A stretch of 63,637 nucleotides of DNA, counting the filler, from Squatina squatina (Eukaryota), in NCBI GenBank assembly GCA_031763465.1. It is 4 parts of 4 records of this genome, joined end to end, with 100 filler letters (N's around TTAATTAATTAA, not from the genome) between each part and the next. Parts side by side here need not be neighbours in the genome. Positions count along the whole stretch, not along the records: positions 33,145 to 46,355 come from JARFOE010936393.1; positions 46,456 to 63,637 come from JARFOE010000073.1; 2 more parts are not named here. The stretch is one strand, 5' to 3'. Shown piece after piece: positions 36,690-49,700 of the stretch (positions are counted from its first letter, which is position 1; each line of letters starts with the position of its first letter). The translations under genes and the position numbers were made by a program. The notes beneath the pieces are model-generated. The model was not told the origin of the DNA. It saw only the letters and a list, made by a program, of their open reading frames with translations, and made no database searches.

Positions 36690-38115
36690 GAGCAGGTTTC
36701 TCGAACCAAGGTGTTGAAGGTATTTCTGTAATACTGTTTGGGAAGTGAGTTCCAGGGGTTTCAGCCCAGCGACAATGAAGGAAAGCCGATACATTCCAAG
36801 TGAGCATGGTGTGCGACTTGGAGGGCGACTTTCACGTGACTGTGTTTGCATGATCCTGTTGCTCTTGTCATACTAGAGGGTAGAGATCGGTGGTTTTGCG
36901 TGTTGCTGTCGAAGACGCCTTGGTGATTTGCTGCAGTGCATCTGATGCATGGCCCAGCATTATAGGTGTACAGCAGCAGGGAGCTTCTACTGCAGTTGTA
37001 CACGGCCTTGGTGAGTCCAGACCTGGAGAATTGTGTGCAGTTTTGGCATCCTCATCTGAGGAATGACATTCGTGGTATTGAGGGGGTGCAGTGGAGATTC
37101 ACCAGATTGATTCCCAGGATGGCAGGACTGACCTTTCAAGAAAGAATGGATCGACTAGGCTTATATTCACTGGAAGTTAGAAGAATGAGAGGAGATCTTA
37201 TAGAAACATATTAAATGCTTACGGGATTGGACAGGCTAGGTGCAGGAAGAATGTTCGCGATTTTGGGGAAGTCGAGAACCAGGGGTCACAGTTTAAGAAT
37301 GAGGGATAAGTCAATTAGGAAGATCCTTTTCACCCAGAGAGTGGTGAAGCTGTGCAATTCTCTATCACAGAAAGCTGTTGAGACAAGTTCATTAGCTATA
37401 TTCAAAAGGAAGTTAGATGTGGCCCTTGTGGCCATGAGGATCAGGGGGTATGGAGAGAAATCAGGTACGGAGTACTGAGTTTATTAATCAGCCATGATCA
37501 TATTGAATGGCGGTGCTGGCTCGAAGGCCGAATGGCCTACTCCAGCACCTATTTTCTATGTTTCTATGTTTACTCACTGAAGCCATTGTTCGACGGTGGT
37601 GGATTTATGAATGTTTCAGGTGGCACATGGTTGGTAAATAAGTGTACTAATTTGACATCTATGGTGTCGACCATCTTGTGTGTTGTTGGAGCTGCGCTCA
37701 CCCAGGTAAGTGGACTGTTTTCAGTCAAACTCCAGACGTGTGCATTGTAGATGCTGGAAAGGCATTGTGGAGTCAGGAGGGGAGGCACTGACCGCAGAAT
37801 ACCGAGCTCCTAACTGCTCTTGCTGCCATCATAATTGTACGGCTGCTTCAGTTCAGTTTCCTTCACTGGTGACCACCAGGATATTGATCCTGCGGAGATG
37901 AAGCTATGACAATGCCGTTGAATGTCACATGTCTGCAGTAAAACTCTCGCTTGTTGGATATTCTCAGTGCCTGGCCTTTGTGTGCCATGAATGCTACTTG
38001 CGACTTATTGCCCAAGCCTCAGTGACGTCCATCTCATGCTGCTCTCTGGCATGGATTGCTTCATCTTTTGAGGAGTTGCGAATGGATTTGAACACTGTGC
38101 AATCATTGGCGAAAT
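36690..38115 (-). mobile_element. Old HER1-like LINE 3' region interrupted by a younger CR1
   Basis: 36690-36945 and 37571-38115 are collinear with the reverse LINE at 39940-40660. Confidence 0.6.
36965..37570 (+). mobile_element. 5'-truncated CR1 LINE with intact 3' tail
   Basis: LLQLYTALVSPDLENCVQFWHP...RRMRGDLIETY; ends in (TTCTATGT)2. Confidence 0.9.
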
Positions 38116-38229
38116 GCCAGCGACGTGAACAATGCAACGTACTGTGTTTAATGGCACTGATTTTCCACACACCGCCCTGCAATGTAAGGACAGAGACAAG
38201 TACAACCGCGGCACTGTAGATTTTGGACA

Positions 38230-39130
38230 GAGATTATTTCAACAGACAAGATAAGGGATCAAAGATTTGGGGTAAGATATTAGCAGGGATAGAGGATTTG
38301 CTAGCAGAATGCAAACATACCGCAGGTGTAAACGTGCAACTTTTCGGTTGAAGGGCTGTAACTACTGGGTTGCTTGGGCCTCGGCTATAGACAAGTAAAT
38401 TATGTGGGCAATTAGTTGGCTGATGGAGTATAATGTGGGAGGATGTCAGAATAGTCACAATGTTGGAAAGTATAGAGAACCAGAATATTCTTAAATGATG
38501 GGAGCTCAGTAATGTTAGTTTTAAGTGAAACTGATGTGTCGTCTTGCATGTAAAACAGCTTCTGCATACCACACAGAATTCACTATGGGAATTAAATGAA
38601 ATGCACAGCCTTAATGCAAGGATTTTGGATTGCAACAGTAAATGAGTCTTCTTCCAAAATTGCACAGGTCTTTGTTGAGACCACAGCTGGAGCAATATGT
38701 ATTCTATCCATGTTTAGAGTTTGAATAACAAAGGTTCACCAGATTGATTGCTATGATAAAAGACTGCACACAGTTACTTTCTAGAGTTTAGAACGATCTG
38801 ATGTGATCTCATTGAAATCTCTAAGATTCTCAATCGGATTGACAGAACAGATGTTGAGAGGTTGTTTCGCCTGGCTGGTGGGTCCAGAAGGATGGGCATA
38901 ATCTCAGTTTAAGTGATGGGCTATTTACGACTGTGATGAGGATGAATGTATTAAGTCAGAGGTATGTGACATTGAGAAATTCTTCACATCAAAGGTCTGT
39001 GGATGCAGAGTTGGTAATAATATTCACGTGTGTGATGGGTAGATTTTGAATTCTCGCGCACAAAAGCTGAGGTCGAAGCCATGATCTCATTGAATGGCAG
39101 AGGTGTCACGATGTGCCAAATGGCCAAGAA
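38230..39130 (+). mobile_element. Heavily decayed CR1 LINE
   Basis: Degenerate RT-to-3' UTR sequence ending CCATGATCTCATTGAATGGCAGA. Confidence 0.6.
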
Positions 39131-39249
39131 CACTCCAAATTTTTAGACTCCCGGCTGTAAAATCCATAACTGCAATGGCAGGCTATAGAATGGTACGGTC
39201 ATGGCACCATTTTTATAAAAAAGAAAACAAACTTATATATTATCCGCAT

Positions 39250-39525
39250 CTACGCTGTAAGTACACAGATATGCAAAAACCGCAGGCACTGCACTATAAA
39301 TGCACAGACATGTATAAAACGCAGGCACTGCACTGTTTGTACACAGACCTGTAAATACCGCAGGCACTGCACAGTAAGTACACAGGCCTGTAATAAACGC
39401 AGGCACTGCACAGTTACTACAGAGACCTGTAAAAGCCGCAGGCACTGCACTGTTTGTACACAGACCTGTAAATATCGCAGGCACTGCACAGTTACTACAG
39501 AGACCTGTAAAGCCGCAGGCACTGA
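39250..39525 (+). repeat. 39-bp tandem repeat, about 7 copies
   Basis: GCAGGCACTG recurs at 39282, 39321, 39360, 39399, 39438, 39477 and 39515. Confidence 0.9.
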
Positions 39526-39809
39526 ACTCAAAAGACACAGAACTGAAAACTGCAGGCAGTGCACTGCACTGTAAGGAGGCAGATCTGCATAAATGCAGCA
39601 ATGAACTTAAAGGACACAGACACTGATAACATCCAGCCATCTACAGTAAGGACACAGAAATACCAGATATGCACTGCATGGAAACAGGCCGTGACAACAC
39701 CCAGAACTGCACTGTAAGTGCATAGAGCTGTACCTACCCACTACATGTAGTCAGACGAGTTTCAAACCCTCAGCATTGTTCTCTGATGATGCCGTTCTTT
39801 GTTTAAAAT

Positions 39810-42720
39810 CGTTCCAGAATGTGGGCGTCGCTGGCAAGGCCCGCATTTATTGCCCATCCCTAATTGTCTTTCAGAAGGTGAAGTGATCTGACTTGTTGAC
39901 CCGCTGCTGTCCTCGTGGTGAAGATGGGCGCACAATTCTGTCAGGGAAGGAGTTGCAGGAATTTGACGCGGGGCAATGAAGGAATGCCGATATATTTCCA
40001 ACTCAGGTTGGTGTGCAAACTAGGAAGGGAAATTGTAGTTGTGCTGTTCCATGTGTCTGCCGCCCCTGTCCATCCAGGTGGCAGACGTCACAGGATTGGC
40101 GGTGGCAGGTGTCCAGCTGGGGCGGGAGGTGCCTGATGAGGAAGCCGCGCCATATTGCTGCACTGCATCTTGTAGATTACACACATGGCAGCCACGGTGC
40201 GCAGGTGCTTGATGGAGTGAATGTTCAAGGTAGTGGATGAGGTGCCAATCAAGCGGATTTTTGCTCCACGACGTTGTCGACCTTCTTGCATGATCTTGGA
40301 GGTGCACTTTTACTGGATAACGGATAGCGTTCCATCACACGCCAAACGTGTGCCTTGCAGATGCTGCAAACGCTTTTGCAAGTCAAGAGGTGAGACACTA
40401 ACTGCAGTAGACCCAACATCTGACGTGCTCTTGCAGCCGGAGCATATATGTGACAGGTCCAGTGCACGTCTGGTCAAGGCTGACCCGCGGCTGATGTGGA
40501 AGTCGGCGATGGCAATGCTGTTCAACCTCAAGGGGTAGTGGTTGGTGCTCACCTGCTGGAGCTAGTCATTGCCTGGCACTTAAGTGGCATTAAAGTTACT
40601 TGCCTCATTTCCAGAGGACAGTAGAATGGGACTGAAGACTTTGCGTTCATCAGCAAACATCCACATTTCAGACCTGATGATGCTGGGCAATGTCATTGAT
40701 GAAGCAGCTGGAGGTGATTCCACCTGGGTCGCTGCACTGAGCAACTCCTGCAGCGATGTCCTCGGTCTCTAATGATTGAAATCTAACTTCATTAAACATC
40801 TTACTTTGTGCTAGTAATGACTGGAGCATGTGGAGATTCATCCCGCTTCATTCCCATTGACTTCACATTTACTCGGTTTCCTCGAAGCCATAATCGGTGA
40901 AATGCTGCCTTGACGTCAATGGCATTCACTCACACCACACCTGTGGAATTTAGCTCTTTGGTCCATGTTTGGTCCAAGGCTGGAACGAGGTCGGGGGCGG
41001 GGTGGTCCTGGCAAAACACACATTGTGCATCGGTGAGCAGACTATTGGTGAGTCACTGCTTCTTGCTGGCATCCTCGATGAAACCTTCCATCACTTTGCT
41101 GATGATTGACAATAGACTGATTGGGCGTTCATTTGCCGGTTGGTGTTTGTCCTGCTTTTTTTGGACAGAACATACCCTGGCAATTTTCCACATTTTCAGA
41201 CAGATCCCAGTGTTCGAGCTCCAATTGAACAGTTTTGCGTGCTTGGCGGCTGCATCTGGAGCACAAACACTCTGCACCACAGCAGGGATCTTGTCGGGTG
41301 TGTTGCCATTTCTTTATCCAATCCGCTGAGCCGTTTCACAAAATCACGTGGAATGAATCAAACTGGTTGAAAACTTGTTTCGGTGAAGGTAGCAGCATGA
41401 GGTGGAGGCAGATATGGATCATCTATTCGGCATTTCTGGCTGAAGATCCTAGCAAAAGCTTCAACCTTCTATCTTACACTCACGTGGTGGGCTCTACCAC
41501 CAGTAAGGATGGGGATATTCATGTAGACAAATCCTCACGTTAGCTTTTTCAAGGTCCACCACCATTCACGAGTTGATGCGGTGGGATTGCGGAGCTTTGA
41601 TCTGATCCTTTCATTGAGGGATAGTTTAGCCCTCTCTGTGCCATTCTCTCTGCTAATTAACATGTGTGTAAACCCGTGTTGCAGCTTCCCCAGGTCGGCA
41701 CCTCATTTCAGGTAATCCGGTTGTTGCTCCTTGGTACTCTGCTACCCATATTTTGAACCATGTTTGGTCTCCTGGCTTGATGTAATTATAAATTGAGCGA
41801 TATACCGGGCCATGAGTATAAATCTTGTGCTGGAATACAGTTCTGCTGTTTCAGCTGATGACCCACAGCACCCCATGGATGCCACGATTTCAGCTGATGG
41901 ATCTGTTATGACTCTATCCCGTTTTGCACGGTGGTCGTGCCACACAAGAGAGTGGCGATTGTCCTCAGTTTGAGGACGGGACATTGTCTCCACATTGATT
42001 GTGCGATGATCACTGCTACCAATACTGTCATGCTCAGATGCAGCTGCGACAGGTAGATTTATGACGACCACATCAAGTGGGATTTCCACACTTGTCTCTC
42101 TCTCTCACCATCTGCTGTAGGCTCAGCCATGCAGTTCTATGCTTCAGGAATCTGCCAGGAGTGGTACTACTGAGCTACACATGCTGCTGTTTATTGAAGT
42201 TCACACCAACTGTTCATTGTCTCTCGGACTACTATTAGTGTTTCTTACAAGTAGTTTTTTTTCAATATGGAGCAGTACAAATTGATCCGGTGTGGGAGGG
42301 TGGCATGTGGTTAGCAACATGGGGATTTCCTTGCTCATGCTTGAACTGAAGCCACGGAACTTCATTTGGCCCACAGTCAATGCTGAGTTCTCCCAGGGAC
42401 ATCCCTCCCGATGTATACCACTATGGCGCCAAGCCTGGTATGTTTGCTGCCGACTTGTGCGACAGGACATGCCCACGAACTGTGATGGAGAATTCTGGTA
42501 CATTTGCTTAATTATATATGGTGCTGTGATTCTGACTATGTCAACATGTCTATTGACCGGTCTATGTCACTCACCTGCCAATATTGGTACCTGTCCCCCA
42601 TGTGGAAGAGAAGGCCTTTGGACTGCCGACTAGCCTGCTTTTGCCATAGTCATCTCCAGTGCCGAGGTCGATTCTGGGTGTTCCATTCGATTTCATTGAA
42701 CTTATAATTTCTCCTATCAT
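39810..42720 (-). mobile_element. Long decayed HER1-like (CR1/L2 group) LINE ORF2
   Basis: EN motifs (CHPP..DQFVLL, IGSSDH), RT start WKIARVCSVQKKQDKHQPANERPISLLSIISKVME, and an HE1-like 3' tail at 39810-39870. Confidence 0.8.
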
Positions 42721-42759
42721 TTTTCTTACAAATGGGAGGCTTCCTCGGTCAATTCCGTG

Positions 42760-43030
42760 GAGCATTAAGAAGCAACCTATTGCTCTAGTTACGGGCTCAC
42801 ATTTCAGTCAGGCTGGGAGGGCCAGGTGATGCTCTTCCCAAAAGAGCAACAGTGAAGCAGATTGGCTTCACAGTCACCAATGTTGAAACTTGCTTTTCAT
42901 TCCAGATTTATTCAATTAAGTGAATTTAAATTCCAAATCATTTGTGTTGGTCTTTGAACTCTGAATCCTGGATCAAAAGTGCAGGCCGCCATATTATTAG
43001 TCCAGTAACATCACCAGTTTGCTACCGTTC
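42760..43030 (-). mobile_element. tRNA-derived SINE (HE1-like head)
   Basis: Reverse GGTAGC..GGTGATGTTACTGGACTA..GTTCAAA..GGAATTTAAATTCA..AATAAATCTGGAAT. Confidence 0.5.
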
Positions 43031-44719
43031 CCGTTTCTTCTAAACTCCTGAGACTATTGGCAGAATTAGTCAATCTCTCCTCAGAGAATCATACAACTTA
43101 TCCCAGCACTCAAATAGTCAGCCTTTTGTACTCTGTCTCGAATGCAATAATATCCTTTCTCATCTAAGTAAATCAAAACTGGATGAGATGTCCAACAGCC
43201 TCTTTGCTCCCTTAGTTCAACAAAAAAGATCCCAAGGCGCATTTCGAAAAAGAGCAGGGACATTACTCACGGAGTTCTGTACAGTTTTTATCTCTCATCC
43301 TACAGCACCAAAGCAGATTATCTCGAATTCATCACGATATTATTTCGCGGACCTTGCTTTGCACAAATTGGATTCTGCATTTCCAAAGTTGCACCAGAGA
43401 CTTTGCTTCGACTGTAAAACGAGTCGCAATGCCTGTGATTGTGAGCAGGTGCTTTAGACTCTCTCTTGAGATTCGGCTGAACTGGCATCAAGGTGGCAAA
43501 AACTGGCCCCTTACCACTCGTCATTGTTGGTTCTGGCTGCGTGAAGGAGCTGTTTGGTGCAGAGTGAGAATAAGTCCTTTTACGTCACAATTAATTGATT
43601 GTGCGTCGATGAGTCTGTGCGACAGAGGTTAAAACTGGTTTGTCCAACAGACTGCCCACTGGCCAGATTCCGGCCCATCAGAGGCTGTCTCCAATGCACT
43701 CCGCCAAACTGACTAAGGTTGTGCACGTCCCAGGTCGAAGGTTTTGAATCACCTTCATTCTCTCTCGCCCATGTGCTCAATCGGAGCTCGCAAAAACTTA
43801 CTGATTGAGAGTCCATCAAATACAAATTCAAGAAGGACAGCCTGAGCTCAGGGACCTCACACGACGGCACAGCTCTGGACGATTAATAGGTCCCTGGGAA
43901 TGTGTCCTGAGCATGTTCGTTGCAGAACGCCAGAGTGGGAGGGTCACGTGGGGCTGACCAGTGACCGAAACTCACGGGCATATATTGTGTTTGACCACGA
44001 TCGCATTCGGATGGTGAGGGCATCAGCTCACTCAGAAGGCTTGTTTGGTCCCGCAAATCAGGTCACCAAAATAAAATATTTAGTACTACACATCAATTTT
44101 AAATAAAATTAACAGTCCTGAAACGAAGTAAAAATCCAAGTAAAACACATGGTTTGTAAATCGCATAAAATAAGGCACTAAGAGAGCGGGGCTTAGTATT
44201 TTGAAAAATATGGCCGCTGCCATGATTATAGGCAAGAATGGAAAATTAGTGCTGCATATCGACTCTTCAAAGGGCCTTGGACCGGTGATATATTTGTCCT
44301 CGAACACAACGGGTCCATATTGTGTCTGATATGTCAAGAGAAGAGAGCAGCTCTAAACAATATGTTATAATGTGACATTATTCTTTGAAACAGGCCAGCA
44401 AATTTGACAGCCAGGTGAGAAATGATTGAAGGAACATGCTGAAACAAATCTCGATCTGACAATGTGTTATCTTTCCAAAATTTGCTCACCGGCCATCCAT
44501 GTTGGTTAAAAATCACAATGTGGCTCCTTACTAAAAAGGTTGGACACCGCTGGGCTAAAAGAAGCTATCAGTATCCCTGTGTGAAATGCAGTTTGCTGTC
44601 GAAAGTTCTTGTACAGAAGAGCTTCAAAATCCCGGGGACTCACATCAGAACCTCACATATGGGACGTTCTCTGTCGCCCTGCTGCCTCAAACAACCAGAT
44701 GAATAAAAGTTTTTAAAAA

Positions 44720-45215
44720 AAAAGACTTACATTTGAAGAGCGCCATTCGTGAGGTCAAGATATCCGAATGCGCTTCATAGCCGAGGAAGCACAGTTAGAA
44801 TTATAGCGACTTTAGTAATGTGGGATATGCAGCAGCCAATTTGGGCGCAGCAATGTATTGAACAATCTGCCCTCATTTTGACGCCGCACAAGATGCGGAT
44901 TTAGACACTCCCTCCATCTTTGGATCATTTTCACTGTTGCAATGTGGGCAAGGCGGCAGCAAATTTGTGCTGAAGCGAGCTCCTATAAACAATGTAATAA
45001 TGTCCAGATAATCACTTTTTAAATGTTGATTGGGCGATAAGGCCAGGAGACTAGACATCATTCCACTGCTCTTCTTTGAAGTAATGCTGCGGGATATTTT
45101 CCATTTGAGAGAAAAGACAAGGCCTTGTTTTAACGTCTAATCTGAAAGCACTCCCTCAGCACTACACTGGAATATCAGCCTGTATTACGTGCTCAAGTCT
45201 CTGGAGTGGGAAGTC
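44720..45215 (-). mobile_element. DeuSINE/SacSINE-like fragments
   Basis: GTTTTAACGTCTAATCTGAAAG..CTCCCTCAGCACTACACTGG..GTGCTCAAGTCTCTGGAGTGGG. Confidence 0.55.
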
Positions 45216-45342
45216 TAGGGGAAGGAAAACAGAGGGAGCGTCCTGCCTGGGCCATTGAAAATGAGTGGCTGGAGAAGATGATGTAAAAACGGGTGAAAGT
45301 GAATGAAGGCAATGTATCGCGCAATCACTAAAAAAGATATAC

Positions 45343-45955
45343 TGGGGCCCCAATTCACTGTGCCAAAACCGGCCTCAGCATTCGTGGCCCGACAGTTGAA
45401 AGTGCGCCGCGTCACCAGCGATGCGCAGTGATGCAGTCTTGGTGACTTAGTCGCCGTTCCGGGTCAGCAGAACGTGATTTAGCATTGCCACGTCACTGCC
45501 CGGTTACGCCAGCAGCTGGCGCAACCGCACATGTGCAAGCCGCGACCCGACCCCCTACCTTAAAGGCAAGGGCCACAGGCTTGGTGTTGAGTGAGGGATC
45601 CAGGGCCCAGTGAACCACCAGGAGCCATGGAATACACTGCAGAATGTGCCGGCACGCCAGGGAACCTTTAATGGCCCCTGGCAACAACAGGGGAAACCTG
45701 TTGTTGCCCATGTCAGAGGTGTCGCGGAGCAGGCCGCCTCCAATGGCGGGTGCATAGGGGTCAGCGCGTGATGTTATCACGTCACGCATCTGACACTAGC
45801 ACCAACGGCGTTGCCGGCAGCGGGGCATCTACGCCGCCGGGGCGCCAGGCCTAATAAAGGATTTTTAAATTTTTAGACTCAAAACTGATTTCAAACCCGG
45901 GTAGCGCCGATAATTGGCGCTACCCAGGCGTGAAATCACACCAATTGGGGCCCCA
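45343..45955. mobile_element. GC-rich non-autonomous DNA transposon (Harbinger-like)
   Basis: Perfect 13-bp TIR TGGGGCCCCAATT / AATTGGGGCCCCA; internal hairpin at 45899-45925. Confidence 0.75.
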
Positions 45956-46355
45956 TTGCACTTTCATGTCAGTTTTCGGATAAAATCAGTTTTTAATGAG
46001 TTAATGTCCTGAAGGTTAAACATTGGATTCCTAAAGCAGCCTCTAATGAAATATCTCTATCATAGATTGTCAGTGCTTTATTTAGAAGTAGTTTCACAAC
46101 GCTATCCCTTCTCTTCATACCTATACCTGAGTTTGAGAGACAGTAATTACAGCAGTGCTTGCGAATGATGAGACGATTTTTGGATACCACACATTTCTCT
46201 CCCCCCACTCATTCTCACAAATGCATTCATAACAAGTACTGAAAAATTAAATATTTTATCTTTAAAAAGACCTCATCCCATCGATCTACACTTAATCCCA
46301 ACTTTGAATGCCTATAAATCCAATGCAGTCCCCAAGTCATGTTGTTTTCAATATA

Positions 46356-46455
46356 NNNNNNNNNNNNNNNNNNNNNNNNNNNNNNNNNNNNNNNNNNNNT
46401 TAATTAATTAANNNNNNNNNNNNNNNNNNNNNNNNNNNNNNNNNNNNNNNNNNNN
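46356..46455. other. Artificial scaffold linker
   Basis: N44-TTAATTAATTAA-N44. Confidence 0.95.
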
Positions 46456-47455
46456 AGCTTTTTGGGAGAGAGAGTTCCAGATTTCTACTACCCTTTTTAT
46501 GAAGCTGTGCTTTCTGACATCACCCCTTAACGGTCTAGCTGTAATTTTAAAATTGTGCCCCCTTGTTGTCTCGTTTCTAGAAATAGATTCTCTCCATTGA
46601 CCCTATCAAGTCCTTTAATCATCGAGCATTTCAATTACATCACCCTTCAATCTTTTATATTCAAGGGAATACAAGCCTAGTCTGTGCAACCTGTGCTCAT
46701 AATTTAGCCTCGGTATCGTTCTGGTGAATCTGTGCTGCACCCCCTCCAAGGCCAATATATCCTTCCTGAGGTGTGGTGCTGTGAACTGAATGCAGTAATG
46801 GAATCAAGGGGCTAATAAGAGTGAAGAACTTAAAGTGAGTAATATCAGTAGACAAAACATACTTGAGAAACGAGAATCAAACAATCATAGAATGGTCACA
46901 GCATGGAAGAAGGCCATTCGGCCCGTCGAGCCCGTGCCGGCTCTCTGCAAGAACACCTCAGCTAGTCCTATTTCCCCTCCCTTTTCCCATAGCCCTGCAA
47001 TTTTTTTTCTTTCAGGTACTTATCCAATTCCCTTTTGAAAGCTGTGATTGAGTCTGCCAGCCCCACCCTTTCAGGCAGTGCAGTCCAGATCCAAACCACT
47101 CGCTAAGTAAAAAAGTTTTTTTCTTATATCACCTTTGGTTCTTTTGCCAATCACATTAAATCTGTGTCATCTGGNNNNNNNNNNNNNNNNNNNNNNNNNN
47201 NNNNNNNNNNNNNNNNNNNNNNNNNNNNNNNNNNNNNNNNNNNNNNNNNNNNNNNNNNNNNNNNNNNNNNNNNNTTCACCACCCTTTGTGTGATGAAGTG
47301 CTTCCTGACATCACCCCTGAACGCCCAGGCTCTAATTCTAAGGTTCTGCCCCCTTGATCTGGACTCCCCCCACCAGAGGAAATAGTTTCCCCCTCTCTCC
47401 ACCCTATTGAATCCTTGAATCATCTTAAACACCTCGATTGCATCACCCCTTAAAT
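46456..47455 (-). mobile_element. Cluster of CR1-type LINE 3' fragments
   Basis: Reverse LRGDAIEVFKMIQGFNRVE and FITQRVV; ATCATAGAAT..GGCCATTCGGCCC 3' UTR. Confidence 0.7.
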
Positions 47456-47636
47456 CCTCTGGCGCTCCCTCAGTACTGGCACTGGGAGCATCCACCTAGA
47501 TTTTTGTGCTCGAGTCTCTGGAGTGGGGACTCGAACTCGTGACCTTCCAGCTTGAAGGGTGGGGCTCGGTGTGGGGAGGCAGGGGGAGAGCCAGGGATTG
47601 GTGTGAATCTGTCACCGACTCCACAAAGCACCTCAC

Positions 47637-47797
47637 CGTGTCGACACTCCCGACCATCAGCTCAGTCCCATTGGCTGTGATGTTGTCCAGTGGCAGCTTG
47701 GAGTGGAGCAAGAGTTCGGCGAGGATTCCCGAGGACTGGCACTGGGCTGCCGGAACACTCCTCACCTTCTGCAACAGCAGCTTCAAGCACGTCTCAG
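47637..47797 (-). CDS. Unidentified candidate coding exon
   Basis: Strong acceptor ctctctgttttgcctccag and donor ACG|gtgagg. Only one open frame: ETCLKLLLQKVRSVPAAQCQSSGILAELLLHSKLPLDNITANGTELMVGSVDT. Confidence 0.5.
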
Positions 47798-47977
47798 CTG
47801 GAGGCAAAACAGAGAGCAGGGTGACAGAGGACAGAGCATGCAATTGGGTCTCCCAACTTAATCCCGTCCTCCCGCCTCTCGCTGGGGCGGAGTAGCCCTC
47901 AGCAGCGACCTGTTTGGCCACGGGGTGCATCACAAACCGGCCTAATCCTGTTTGGTTTAAGGTCTCATCCGAAAGAC

Positions 47978-48110
47978 AGCCCCTCTGACAGCGCAGCGCT
48001 CCCTCGGCACCACCCCTCCGACAGCATGGCGCTCCCTCGGCACCGCCCTTCCGACAGCGTGGCGCTCCTTCAGTACCGCCCCTCCGACAGTGCGGCGCTC
48101 CCTCGGCACC
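47978..48110. repeat. 33-bp VNTR derived from a DeuSINE-like segment
   Basis: GACAG at 47987, 48020, 48053 and 48086, following GTCTCATCCGAAAGAC. Confidence 0.8.
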
Positions 48111-48210
48111 NNNNNNNNNNNNNNNNNNNNNNNNNNNNNNNNNNNNNNNNNNNNNNNNNNNNNNNNNNNNNNNNNNNNNNNNNNNNNNNNNNNNNNNNNN
48201 NNNNNNNNNN

Positions 48211-49700
48211 GCCTATCTTGAAAACTAAGTTGCTTTGGACTGGGAATTAGTCTAGTGACCCTCTTCTGCACCCTTTCCAGAGCCTCAATATCACCCACCA
48301 TGTGAGGAGACCAAAACTGGACACAGTTTTCCAAGTGCAGCCTGACTAAGACCTTGTACAAGGAGTATGCCTCGTCTTGTACTCAATTGTCCTGTGGTTA
48401 CACCCCAACACCTTATTTGCTCGCTATTGCTACACGACATTGCTCATGTACCTTTAAGGATGCATGCACTACAATGCCCAAATCTTGCCCTGTCTCCGCC
48501 TTCTTTAATGCCTTTCCCTGAAGGGAGTATTTGCCCTGCCCACACTGGGACATATCTGTGAGTGTTCCAGGGAGGGGTTTGTGCAGTGTGGTATATTTTA
48601 ATTCCAGTGGTGCAGTATATCACCGATATAATATCTCTCACTTTATTACAAAGATATACCAGACGCTTGTTAGGCCAGTCTTTGGACACACCATCACTAT
48701 AATTCTCACTGCTATACCACGTCCTCTTGTTTACTGCTCCACGCTTGCAACACCCTCATACTGAAATAAGAGAGTAAATTTAATGCTCTCCTGTGTTTTG
48801 AGTATGGAGCCATGCTCGATGGGAGCATGGGTTGGGGGTAGGACTATAACAGTTTAGTGTTGATTCTCCCACCCATGCTCCCTTTAAGCACAGCTCCATG
48901 CTGGATAGCCAGCTGGCTTCAAGACAGAAAGCAGAGACAACAGGTAAAGGGTAACTATTCACAATGGCAGAAGGTGGGAAGTGGTGTTCCACAAAGATCA
49001 GTGCTGGGACCAATGTTGTTCACAATTTATATTAACGATTTAGAATTTGGAATCAAAAACACAATTTCTAAATTTGCGGATGACACCAAATTGGGGGCAT
49101 AGTCGGTACTGAGGAGGACTGCAACAAATTACAGGAGGACATTAACAAACTTGCAGAATGGGCATATAATTGGCAAATGAAGTTCAACACAGATAAATGT
49201 GAGGTATTACATTTTGGTAGGAANNNNNNNNNNNNNNNNNNNNNNNNNNNNNNNNNNNNNNNNNNNNNNNNNNNNNNNNNNNNNNNNNNNNNNNNNNNNN
49301 NNNNNNNNNNNNNNNNNNNNNNNATGATCCAATTGAATGGCGGAGCGGGCTCGACGGGCCGAATGGCCTACTCCTGCTCCTACTTCTTATGGTCTTATGG
49401 CCTAACCTAACCAGTTGAAGTAATTGGTCTAAATAAACACAGTTTAATCCCTTCATTACTTTATGAATCGTGATCAAATCGCTCGAGTCTATGCTTCTAT
49501 ATAGTATACAGACCTGCCTCTCTGAGCCGATCTGGGTAACTAAGATGCCTAGTCGATGCTTTAAACTGGGAATTAGTGCAGTGGCCCTCCTCCGCACCCT
49601 TTCCAAAGCCTCAGTATCACCTGCCATGTGAGGAGACCAAACTGGACACACTATTCCAACTGAGGCCTGACCAAGGTCTTGTACAAGGACAAAACGGTTT
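48211..49700. mobile_element. CR1 fragments in both orientations
   Basis: Minus: LENCVQFWSPH (48211-48362, 49410-49690). Plus: [30 protein letters not shown] (48890-49405). Confidence 0.8.

Noticed and set aside
39250-39525. CRISPR-like periodicity of the 39-bp repeat
   Set aside because: The intervening parts are variants of each other rather than unique spacers; vertebrate context with no cas genes.
43300-43630. Possible GPR139-like exon 2 (ITILFRGPC)
   Set aside because: Only a few matching residues, early stops, no TM pattern, and on the wrong strand for the exon at 33249.
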